Shown: in pieces, positions 52,644-60,378 of the stretch
Layout of the letters: each line of letters opens with the position of its first letter
How positions within the stretch are numbered: position 1 is the stretch's first letter
Source of the DNA: Candidatus Delongbacteria bacterium
GTDB taxonomy: Bacteria; UBA4055
NCBI GenBank assembly: GCA_003252515.1
Contig: QKDR01000029.1
Location: forward strand, 1 to 60,491
DNA length: 60,491 nucleotides
Reading direction: 5' to 3'
The notes under the pieces: model-generated
Told to the model about the DNA's origin: nothing
Seen by the model: the letters and a program-made list of their open reading frames with translations, nothing else
The model's database searches: none
Made by a program: the position numbers and the translations under genes

Positions 52644-52868
52644 TTATAGCTGAATCTGGGCGGTATGCACCCCTGAACCGTCGTCCATACAGAACATCAG
52701 TGTCTTTCCTGTTCTGTCGCACCACGCTTTTATATCGGTTGGAAAAGAAGGACAATCGGCTTTTACTTCCAGAACGTCTCCGGCGGGTATGGTCGGGATC
52801 TTAGCTACCACTTTTAAAATAGGCTGCGGGCATTTCAATCCTAAACAATCTAATTCGTGAGTTGCCAT
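52644..52868 (-). CDS. tusA: TusA-family sulfur carrier protein (copy 3, close paralog of 51513..51737)
   Basis: MATHELDCLGLKCPQPILKVVAKIP... It differs from copy 2 at only about 9 of 74 residues. Confidence 0.85.
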   Translation of the reverse strand: MATHELDCLGLKCPQPILKVVAKIPTIPAGDVLEVKADCPSFPTDIKAWCDRTGKTLMFCMDDGSGVHTAQIQL

Positions 52869-52912
52869 TTTTTATCTCCTTACTGGTTTAATCGTTGTTT
52901 CTTCCGCTATAC

Positions 52913-52941
52913 ATTATATCCATTATTTAAACCGATTGCCA
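52913..52941 (-). promoter_or_regulatory. sigma70-type promoter of tusA copy 3
   Basis: On the minus strand: TGGCAA (52941..52936), 17-nt spacer, TATAAT (52918..52913). Confidence 0.45.
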
Positions 52942-53045
52942 TATTTTTTTTACATTTTTTACAATTTTATAAGTTCCGTTTTTATATTGCATTGAAGTCA
53001 TTATTTTTGTATTGTTATTCTTTAATATTGGATAAGGAGGGCAAA

Positions 53046-54227
53046 ATGAGCGGATTAAACTTAAAATTCATAACAGGAAGTCTGATTGTTTTCATAATAT
53101 CTGTTCTGACGCTGATTTCCTGTACAAAAAAAGAAACATGCACGATTGTCGAAAAAGACGGAGTCAGACATTACCAGAACAGAAACGTTCCGGCAAATCC
53201 TGCTCTTAAATTCGTTATCGACAGTAAGCTTGACATTCAGGGAAATTCGGAAGATAGTTTAAGCAGTTTCCGGAGACCGGCTGACTTTGAGATCGACGAT
53301 GACGGGAATTTCTATGTTTTTGACGCTGTAAAACAGAGAGTATTTAAATACGACCGCAACGGGAATTTCCTTCTCGGTTTTTCTAACAGAGGGACCGGGC
53401 CGGCTGAGATCGACGGGGCGCAGGACATAGCGATAATCGGAGATTCCGTAACGATCTCTTCTCCAGGTGTCGCAAAAGTCTCGATCTATGACAGGAACGG
53501 CAATTTCGGAAGGCACATTCCTGCGATGATGCCCGGGCTTTATTACGGAGCTAAAGATATCGGTATAGGAGATGACAAAATACTCGGATATAACCCTACT
53601 TTCAGGATGGAAGGCGAAAAACCTTTTATCGGTAATGATTTTGGGATAAAGAACAAAAAATATGAACAACAGACCCTTATACATTCAATACCGCCTGACC
53701 AGGACCCTATGGACATTGAGGGCGCCAAGATAATATTCATGCCTTTTGCTTATTTTAAAGGAAACATTTATTTCGCTCCCAACTTTCCCGAAAATTACCA
53801 GATACATCAGAAGGATGAAAAGGGGAATCTCCTCGGGATAATCTCGAAACATAATGCCCGTATAGAATACAATCCTGAAGAAAAAAAACATTATGAGGAA
53901 ACATCGAGTTTCAACTGGGGGGGACAGAGGCTGATCCCGAACTGCAAGCTGAAATCGGTAATGAACGGTATCTATACGGATAAATACGGTCAATTGCTCG
54001 TATGGGTGTCTCAGAAAAGAAAGGAAGGCGTAAAGCACAATCCCTCGATCGATGTTTTCAAGGACGGTGTATTCCAGAACACTATAATACTGGATCAGCT
54101 TAAGATAATCGAATCCCATACTCCGACCGATATGGAATTTTATTTCAAGAAGGATAAATTCATAGTTTTCGACAGAAACGAGAATACTTACAGCATTTAT
54201 GATTACCATTACGAAGGCATGAACTAA
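53046..54227 (+). CDS. lipoprotein, probable 6-bladed beta-propeller (NHL-like repeats)
   Basis: I prefer the start at 53046 (AAGGAGG RBS; MSGLNLKFITGSLIVFIISVLTLISCTKK lipobox). Repeats such as DDDGNFYVFDAVKQRVFKYDRNGNF are present. The ORF-track start at 52857 overlaps tusA. Confidence 0.6.
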   Translation: MSGLNLKFITGSLIVFIISVLTLISCTKKETCTIVEKDGVRHYQNRNVPANPALKFVIDSKLDIQGNSEDSLSSFRRPADFEIDDDGNFYVFDAVKQRVFKYDRNGNFLLGFSNRGTGPAEIDGAQDIAIIGDSVTISSPGVAKVSIYDRNGNFGRHIPAMMPGLYYGAKDIGIGDDKILGYNPTFRMEGEKPFIGNDFGIKNKKYEQQTLIHSIPPDQDPMDIEGAKIIFMPFAYFKGNIYFAPNFPENYQIHQKDEKGNLLGIISKHNARIEYNPEEKKHYEETSSFNWGGQRLIPNCKLKSVMNGIYTDKYGQLLVWVSQKRKEGVKHNPSIDVFKDGVFQNTIILDQLKIIESHTPTDMEFYFKKDKFIVFDRNENTYSIYDYHYEGMN

Positions 54228-54248
54228 TTATTATCAGGGAGGATTTTT

Positions 54249-54518
54249 ATGGCGCATATAGTCGTGAACGGGAAAAAAATAACGAACCCGCTTGTAATGT
54301 TTATTATCGGGCTTGTTTCAATAATTTTCACAGGACTCATTACGGCTTTTGTTATATTTCTGATCTTACCGTTCGCAGGTGTAGTCCTCAGCCTTTCGGT
54401 CGGACTTACGATCGTGATATTCATAGCACTGCTTGTAGGACTGCCTCTGCTGATCCTTATCAGAGTGATCCTCGGAGTTCTGTTAAGACCATTTAGTAAA
54501 GACAGGGATGAACGATGA
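54249..54518 (+). CDS. small membrane protein (89 aa)
   Basis: AGGGAGG RBS, two or three hydrophobic helices, and an ATGA overlap with hutI. Confidence 0.55.
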   Translation: MAHIVVNGKKITNPLVMFIIGLVSIIFTGLITAFVIFLILPFAGVVLSLSVGLTIVIFIALLVGLPLLILIRVILGVLLRPFSKDRDER

Positions 54519-55738
54519 ACGATCTTCTGATACATAATATAGGAAAGCTCTACAGTCCCGATCCTGACAATTTCGGCAAAATTTCAATAACCGATAACTG
54601 CTCTGTTAAGATCAGAGACGGTATTATTGAGGATATTATTCCCGCGGAAGTTGAAGTTAACGCACCGGTGATCGAAAAATACGATATACTTGACGCAAAA
54701 GGGAAATCTGTTTTACCAGGATTTATCGATTCTCACGCGCATCCGGTCTTCGCCGCGCTCAGGAATAACGAGTTCGAGATGAGGAATGCCGGAAAGTCCT
54801 ACCTGGAAATAGCTGAAGCCGGCGGTGGCATAAAGAACAGTGTAAGAAAGCTTAGGGCGATGAGCGAGGATGATCTGTTCAGGATATCCAGAAAGCGCGT
54901 GCTTGAGTTCCTGAAATTCGGGACGACGACTCTGGAGGCAAAATCAGGATACGGCCTGACTGTCGACGACGAGATCAAGATGCTCAAGGTTATCAGACGG
55001 CTGAACGAAGAGCTGCCTATCGACCTCGTGCCTACATTCTTGGGCGCGCACGACACCCCGGAAGAGTATAAGGAGGACCGCGAGGGATATATCAGCCTGC
55101 TGATAAATGAAATGATCCCGAAGATCGCTGAAGAAAAGTTGGCCGTTGCATGTGACATCTTCATTGAAAAGAACTATTATACTATAGAGGAAGGCAGAAG
55201 GATACTGACTGCCGCAAAGAAGCACGGGCTTGACGTCAAGATACACGCCGACCAGCTCACATGCAACGGCGGGAGCGGTCTTGCAGCCGAACTGGGCGCT
55301 CTTTCATCGGACCATCTGGAATACATTTCGGATTCCGATATTGATACGATGATCGGAAAGGGAACAGTATTCAACCTAATGCCCGGAGCTTCATTTTTCA
55401 TAGGCATGAAGGATTTCCCGCCGGCAAGAAAGATCATCGATCGTGGCGGTATCTGCGCGCTCTCGACAGACTTCAACCCCGGAACTTGCTACTGCTATTC
55501 GCTGCCCTTTATCATGACGGTATCGGCGATATATCTGCATATGAGCGCGGAGGAACTTGTCTGGGCGGCTACGGCAGGTGGCGCGAGGGCTCTCGGTCTT
55601 ACTGACAGAGGCCGCATCGAAAAAGGCGCAGCCGGCGATCTTCTGGTCATGGACATTAAAGAGCTCAGCGAAATACCGTACAGTATGGGTATGAACCTGG
55701 TCAGAAAAGTCATAAAGAACGGAAAAGTAGTGATATAG
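54515..55738 (+). CDS. hutI: imidazolonepropionase
   Basis: PGFIDSHAHPVFA, GGGI, TTLEAKSGYGL, TFLGAHDTP, KIHADQL, SSDHLEY, STDFNPG and AAGDLLVM together form the HutI amidohydrolase pattern. Confidence 0.88.
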   Translation: MNDLLIHNIGKLYSPDPDNFGKISITDNCSVKIRDGIIEDIIPAEVEVNAPVIEKYDILDAKGKSVLPGFIDSHAHPVFAALRNNEFEMRNAGKSYLEIAEAGGGIKNSVRKLRAMSEDDLFRISRKRVLEFLKFGTTTLEAKSGYGLTVDDEIKMLKVIRRLNEELPIDLVPTFLGAHDTPEEYKEDREGYISLLINEMIPKIAEEKLAVACDIFIEKNYYTIEEGRRILTAAKKHGLDVKIHADQLTCNGGSGLAAELGALSSDHLEYISDSDIDTMIGKGTVFNLMPGASFFIGMKDFPPARKIIDRGGICALSTDFNPGTCYCYSLPFIMTVSAIYLHMSAEELVWAATAGGARALGLTDRGRIEKGAAGDLLVMDIKELSEIPYSMGMNLVRKVIKNGKVVI

Positions 55739-55746
55739 GAGGTTTT

Positions 55747-56871
55747 ATGCAGTACAGGAAAATGAAAGACGGGAACAAAGTATCGGTACTGGGATACGGA
55801 TGTATGAGGTTCCCGACTAAAAAAGACGGTTCTATCAATGAGGAGAGGGCGACAAAACAGCTGCTGTACGCTATAGAACAAGGTGTGAATTACCTTGATA
55901 CGGCAAAACCTTACCATGGAGGAAAAAGCGAACCGTTCGTCGGAAAATTCCTTGAGGAAAACAAATTAAGAAACAAAATATACCTTGCTACCAAATTGTC
56001 AGGATGGTACATTAAGGAAACGAAAGATTTTGATAGAATATTCAAAGAACAGCTGAAAGACCTTCGTACTGACTATATTGACTACTATCTGGTCCACGCC
56101 CTGAACGGTAAAAGCTGGGCTAAATTGAAGGAACTGGGCGTCCTGAAATTCCTTGACAAACTCAGAAAACAGAAGAAGATCATAAATGTCGGGTTCTCGT
56201 TCCACGGAAACATTGAGCATTTCTATCAGATCGTAGACGATTACGGCTGGTCGTTCTGTCAGATACAGTTCAACTTCCTCGACACTGAATATCAGGCGGG
56301 GTTCAAAGGATATCTCTATGCGGTGAAAAAAGGTCTGTCGGTAATATCAATGGAGCCTTTAAGAGGAGGAAGACTCGCTCAGATGCCGCCTGAAAAAGTA
56401 AAAGAAATTTACGGCAGCTCCGGATATAAAAGAACTCCCGCGGAATGGGCTCTCAGATGGGTCTGGAATTTTCAGGGGATCACCACTCTTCTTTCCGGTA
56501 TGAACCAGATGAAACAGGTAAAAGAAAATATAAAAATATCGAAGAACGCATTTCCGGGTTCTATGACTCAGGAAGAGCTGCAGGTGATCGAAAATGTCAC
56601 GAAGGTCTATAAGAAACTCATGAAGATCGGTTGTACCGGATGCATGTACTGTCTGCCCTGCCCGGTAAATGTCACGATCCCCGCATGTTTCGAATATTAC
56701 AACGGTTACCATCTTTACAAAGATGAAAAATTCAAGACATGGTACAAGAACTTCCTCGGTGACAGGGCTAAAGCATCACTCTGTGTCAATTGCGGCGAGT
56801 GTGTAAAAAAATGTCCTCAGGGTCTTAAAATACCCGAACTACTGAAAAAAGTAGTAAAAGATATGGAATAA
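55747..56871 (+). CDS. aldo/keto reductase with C-terminal 4Fe-4S ferredoxin domain
   Basis: YRKMKDGNKVSVLGYGCMRFP and NYLDTAKPYHGG form the AKR core. The C-terminus has CTGCMYCLPCP and CVNCGECVKKCP. Confidence 0.8.
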   Translation: MQYRKMKDGNKVSVLGYGCMRFPTKKDGSINEERATKQLLYAIEQGVNYLDTAKPYHGGKSEPFVGKFLEENKLRNKIYLATKLSGWYIKETKDFDRIFKEQLKDLRTDYIDYYLVHALNGKSWAKLKELGVLKFLDKLRKQKKIINVGFSFHGNIEHFYQIVDDYGWSFCQIQFNFLDTEYQAGFKGYLYAVKKGLSVISMEPLRGGRLAQMPPEKVKEIYGSSGYKRTPAEWALRWVWNFQGITTLLSGMNQMKQVKENIKISKNAFPGSMTQEELQVIENVTKVYKKLMKIGCTGCMYCLPCPVNVTIPACFEYYNGYHLYKDEKFKTWYKNFLGDRAKASLCVNCGECVKKCPQGLKIPELLKKVVKDME

Positions 56872-56872
56872 A

Positions 56873-57850
56873 ATGTATAATAGAATTTATTTATTAATTT
56901 TATTTACTGCTGTCTTACTTTTTTCGCAATATCCGATTGAACTTCCTGAGACGGTCAAAGGAAAACAATTGGTATTTATATACGTCCACGGTTTCGGGGA
57001 ATACGGACTTGATACTGCTTTCGAAGAGAAAATGCGGGAATTTCTGGAACCTGTTTCCGAGATAACTGACGTTTTTACTTACCGCTGGGAAAGAGTGCTC
57101 ATAAATCCGGTAAAAGTAACGGACCAGTGGAAAAATTCCAAGACGAGAGCTGATTCAGTCGCTTCTCATTTTCTGAACAATGTGCTTCTTAAACTGGAGG
57201 ATGAGAAAGTTCCTTATGTGATATTAGGATACAGTCTGGGTACGAGGGTCGTATCGGGAGCGCTCGTACTCTGCAGACGTAATCTGAAATACGTAAGAGG
57301 CGTATATTTCGCAGGATCCGCCTTGCCGAACGATTTCTCGCCCGACATTTCAAAACTGCCGCCCGGAATGAAGATCATCAATTATTATTCTTCCTTTTTC
57401 GATGAAGTTCTGAAGGTCAGCTATTACTTTACCGAAAAGAACGAGGCGGGCGGAGAAGTAGGATTCACAGACAGCGCGTTCGTGAACTACAGAACGGTCT
57501 GCACTCATGTTCACAAGGGCGGTCCTCTCCAGCGCGACTATACGGAACTCGCAGAACCTGTCGGATACTTATCGCTGATGAAGGAAGGCATATTTTACAA
57601 AGAATCGTATAACGACCATAACATTGAAATGCCGGTTCTGGACGGCGATATCCAGTGGAACGACATAGTTCTTTACGGTCCGCCCGATGACATCCTGATC
57701 CAGCAGAACATGACGACCGGACATTACAGGGCTGTAAAAATTGATGCTGACGGTGATCGGACTAGAGTCTCGTGGGGGAATTCACTTCACGCAATTCTTG
57801 ACGAACTCGGACTGTTCGGTGAAAAGAAGATGACGGTGATCGTGCGGTAA
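56873..57850 (+). CDS. alpha/beta-hydrolase-fold protein of unknown function
   Basis: Signal peptide-like N-terminus, VFIYVHGFGEY, and the nucleophile elbow GYSLGTRV (GxSxG). Confidence 0.5.
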   Translation: MYNRIYLLILFTAVLLFSQYPIELPETVKGKQLVFIYVHGFGEYGLDTAFEEKMREFLEPVSEITDVFTYRWERVLINPVKVTDQWKNSKTRADSVASHFLNNVLLKLEDEKVPYVILGYSLGTRVVSGALVLCRRNLKYVRGVYFAGSALPNDFSPDISKLPPGMKIINYYSSFFDEVLKVSYYFTEKNEAGGEVGFTDSAFVNYRTVCTHVHKGGPLQRDYTELAEPVGYLSLMKEGIFYKESYNDHNIEMPVLDGDIQWNDIVLYGPPDDILIQQNMTTGHYRAVKIDADGDRTRVSWGNSLHAILDELGLFGEKKMTVIVR

Positions 57851-57854
57851 CAAT

Positions 57855-57880
57855 GAAAAAGGGCGGAATTTCCGCCCTTC
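57855..57880. terminator. hairpin terminator between convergent genes
   Basis: GGGCGG-aattt-CCGCCC, preceded by AAAAA. This gives a good U-run for the minus-strand transcript and a weaker one for the plus strand. Confidence 0.6.
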
Positions 57881-57901
57881 AGACACTTGGATATTTCCTG
57901 T

Positions 57902-58330
57902 TTATTTCTCGATGTAGATCCTGACGATATCGCCGTTAGCGCTTTCCACGTTCACGATATCCTCGTCGACCATATCGACGAAGCTGTCGATATTTGCAAC
58001 GATCTGCTCGAGGTCGATCCCCTCGTTCTTAATGTCAGCCATTTTGTTCTTCGGCATCATGTTCATTGCCAGTTTGGCCAGCATCAGCGGAAGTGTTATC
58101 ACGACATTGTCACCGTCAGAGCTTTCAACTACAACTTTGAACTTCCCTTTCAGTTTTCCTCCGACTTCTGATTTTTCAACCGGCACCGGTGCCGCGGGAA
58201 CCGCCGGTTTCCTCAATTCTGTTTTACCTTCAGCGCTATCGACAGCTTTCAGCAGCTTCTCGGCCTGCTCAACCGATATTTTCTTTTCCTCTAACATCTT
58301 GAGGATCTGTAATTTTTCTTCGCTTCCCAT
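57902..58330 (-). CDS. SHOCT-like/YvlB-type N-terminal domain protein
   Basis: N-terminus KLQILKMLEEKKISVEQAEKLLKAV. 142 aa. Confidence 0.5.
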   Translation of the reverse strand: MGSEEKLQILKMLEEKKISVEQAEKLLKAVDSAEGKTELRKPAVPAAPVPVEKSEVGGKLKGKFKVVVESSDGDNVVITLPLMLAKLAMNMMPKNKMADIKNEGIDLEQIVANIDSFVDMVDEDIVNVESANGDIVRIYIEK

Positions 58331-58345
58331 TTTAAACTCCTTTTC

Positions 58346-58765
58346 TTAAAGTTTTATTTTAATTACTGTTCCGTCTTTTGCGGTAACATCCACACCTATT
58401 TCGTCCTTCAGTCCGACCGTCGGCTGCTTTCTCATTATCAGATACAGATTGAAAGGAATAAGCAGGAGCGGCCTGAAAATACTGTAATTTACCGTTACTT
58501 CTTTATTTATCACTCTCACAACACTCATGTAGGGCATTTCCCAGACCGTCTTTCCGGTATAGGTTATAGTAAGATAGTCGATAAAAGTATAGATCACATA
58601 AATGAACCCTAAAGTTCTTACTACGCCTTCATCCATCCCGTTCAGGACCAGCAGGTTCACCGCGAACATCACGGATGTGATGACCAGCATCGCTTTCGTT
58701 TCTTTCAGGATCACGCCTTTTATCAGGTAGTATAATCCGAGTGTGAGTATCAGAATAAAGATCAT
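58346..58765 (-). CDS. membrane protein (139 aa)
   Basis: Three or four hydrophobic helices. Tightly spaced within the operon. Confidence 0.5.
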   Translation of the reverse strand: MIFILILTLGLYYLIKGVILKETKAMLVITSVMFAVNLLVLNGMDEGVVRTLGFIYVIYTFIDYLTITYTGKTVWEMPYMSVVRVINKEVTVNYSIFRPLLLIPFNLYLIMRKQPTVGLKDEIGVDVTAKDGTVIKIKL

Positions 58766-58775
58766 GATGTTTTCC

Positions 58776-59696
58776 TTATTTTAAAGCGTTGATGAGTTTT
58801 TCCGCTTCCTCCGCGGTGATCTTGCCTTCGGATACCATGTTCAGGATCTGCGAAACGTTCTGATTGTCCTGTTTTGAGGAATGGACTTCGGATTTAAAAC
58901 TGTGTTTCGTAACGTCCTTCAGATGCTCTTTCAGGTTCTTTATCATCGGTTTAAATGAATCCTGGAAGAAAGCTTTATTGAACTTGGCGAATTCCCCTTT
59001 GACCTGAGAGATGTGAATTTTATCTTCTGCAGGTTTTTCGCCTGTTATGCTGATGTCTCCCGATACGGAATTGACATTTATTCCCGCATCACCGCTGAAT
59101 TTGACTATATTGACAGAAACATCTCCCGTAACGCTGTTGATGTTCAGGTCGTCCTCAAGTTCGAGCTCGCAGCTGACCGAAACGTCACCGGACACACTTT
59201 TTAACGACAGCTCCGTCATTTTTCCGTCCATAACACTGACATCGCCGCTGATGCTTGAAGTCTTCAGCTTGCCGTTAACTCCCGCGACCGATATGTCTCC
59301 CGAAATGACGTTCACGTCCGCGTCGGCATTTTTTATTTCTGATACGCTGATGTCCCCTTTTTTCGACGCGATCTTGCCGGAAAAAGAAGCCACTCCGGCA
59401 AGAACGATGTCGCCTTTCAGGCTGTCGAGAGTCCCTTCTACTTCTATACTTTCAGGTACCGAGATCATTACCGGGAACTCTTCTTTATTAATGAACTGCG
59501 AAAGTTTCTTGTTCTTTTGTGATATATTCAGTTCGCCGCCGCTGTAAGATATCTCGAAAACTTCTTCAGCCGTTCCTTTTCTCAGTTCGTCGAAATTCAC
59601 CGAGATTTCATTTCCTGATGTTCCTTTGAGCTCAATGTCACCGTTTAAAAGTGTCACATTGACCTTCAGTTTGCCGTCCTTCACTTCGTAATTCAT
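58776..59696 (-). CDS. DUF4097-like beta-strand repeat protein with C-terminal SHOCT-like helix
   Basis: Many GD(I/V)SV repeats (GDISVSE, GDISVAG, GDVSVMD, GDVSVSC, GDVSVNI, GDISITG). C-terminus MVSEGKITAEEAEKLINALK. Confidence 0.65.
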   Translation of the reverse strand: MNYEVKDGKLKVNVTLLNGDIELKGTSGNEISVNFDELRKGTAEEVFEISYSGGELNISQKNKKLSQFINKEEFPVMISVPESIEVEGTLDSLKGDIVLAGVASFSGKIASKKGDISVSEIKNADADVNVISGDISVAGVNGKLKTSSISGDVSVMDGKMTELSLKSVSGDVSVSCELELEDDLNINSVTGDVSVNIVKFSGDAGINVNSVSGDISITGEKPAEDKIHISQVKGEFAKFNKAFFQDSFKPMIKNLKEHLKDVTKHSFKSEVHSSKQDNQNVSQILNMVSEGKITAEEAEKLINALK

Positions 59697-60061
59697 GATT
59701 GCCTCCCTTTCGAAAGTTTGTTTAAGGCTTCATCCGCCGATATCTCTCCCTTTGACAGAAGTTCTATCACGTCAGCGGAAATATCTTCCTCCTCCTCTTC
59801 GATGTTGAGAACTGTCTTCGCTTTCTTCAGCAGGTTCTTCACCTTGGGATACGAGCAGTTCATTAATTTCTCGACCTGTTTAATGTTCCCCTCCGCGAAG
59901 ATGAACACTTTTATGAAGTCAGTGATCTCCTTCTCCATTTCTCCCATACCGCCGTCGCAGACGAAATCCCCTCTGATCTTCGTGCTGCATGATCCGCATG
60001 TGTATTCGGTGACCTTGAGCCCCGAACCGCAGACCGGACAATCCGTTAGTTTTTTCTTCAT
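59693..60061 (-). CDS. DUF2089-like zinc-ribbon/HTH protein
   Basis: CPVCGSGLKVTEYTCGSCSTKIRGDF zinc ribbon, followed by an HTH-like segment. ATGA overlap with the downstream gene. Confidence 0.6.
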   Translation of the reverse strand: MKKKLTDCPVCGSGLKVTEYTCGSCSTKIRGDFVCDGGMGEMEKEITDFIKVFIFAEGNIKQVEKLMNCSYPKVKNLLKKAKTVLNIEEEEEDISADVIELLSKGEISADEALNKLSKGRQS

Positions 60062-60222
60062 TTCATTTCCTTTGTATTGTTAAATATATTCATGTCGGTC
60101 AGTATTTTTGAGGCAGTAGTTTCAAAAGCGATAAATGTTCCGATCATTCTGTCGGCTTCAGATCTGCTGATCTTTTTGTCTTTCAGCATCTGAAATATAC
60201 TATTTATGTCCTGACACCACAT
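60058..60222 (-). CDS. small ORF (54 aa) translationally coupled to the DUF2089 gene
   Basis: Too short for the ORF track. GGGAGG RBS with an ATG at 60222. Product: MWCQDINSIFQMLKDKKISRSEADRMIG... Its TGA overlaps the downstream ATG. Confidence 0.4.
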   Translation of the reverse strand: MWCQDINSIFQMLKDKKISRSEADRMIGTFIAFETTASKILTDMNIFNNTKEMK

Positions 60223-60237
60223 TTTGTCCTCCCTTTT

Positions 60238-60378
60238 CTATAAAATTCTGCCGTTACCCTGTCCGAGAGCGAATTCGTATTTTACTGATATAGACATAAG
60301 GTCTTTTGCTTTTTTGAAGGACTCTCCTCCGTTCTCAAGCATTTTTATCAATCTGTCCATTTTATTATTCATCTTCAT
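60238..60378 (-). CDS. small ORF (46 aa)
   Basis: Too short for the ORF track. AAGGAG RBS with an ATG at 60378. Product: MKMNNKMDRLIKMLENGGESFKKAKDLMSISVKYEF... Confidence 0.3.
   Translation of the reverse strand: MKMNNKMDRLIKMLENGGESFKKAKDLMSISVKYEFALGQGNGRIL

Noticed and set aside
38193-52868. Calling it the sulfur-oxidising sHdr system (HdrC1B1A-Hyp-C2B2 with LbpA, DsrE3, TusA)
   Set aside because: No CCG-domain HdrB, no lipoate-binding protein and no lipoate assembly genes are present. The HdrA copies are MvhD-associated double modules, unlike sHdr loci as I know them.
52857-53045. 63-codon N-terminal extension of the beta-propeller lipoprotein ORF (track start 52857)
   Set aside because: It overlaps the tusA start and the divergent promoter region. 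It encodes an implausible hydrophobic, low-complexity peptide. A strong AAGGAGG RBS and a lipoprotein signal peptide begin at 53046.
54224-54535. 103-aa minus-strand ORF overlapping the 89-aa plus-strand ORF
   Set aside because: The plus-strand ORF has an AGGGAGG RBS, a clear transmembrane-helix pattern and an ATGA coupling to hutI. The minus-strand ORF has none of these.
54515-55738. A histidine-utilisation (hut) operon
   Set aside because: Only hutI is present, with no hutH, hutU or hutG nearby. It may be a stand-alone gene or a HutI-like amidohydrolase, so no pathway claim is made.
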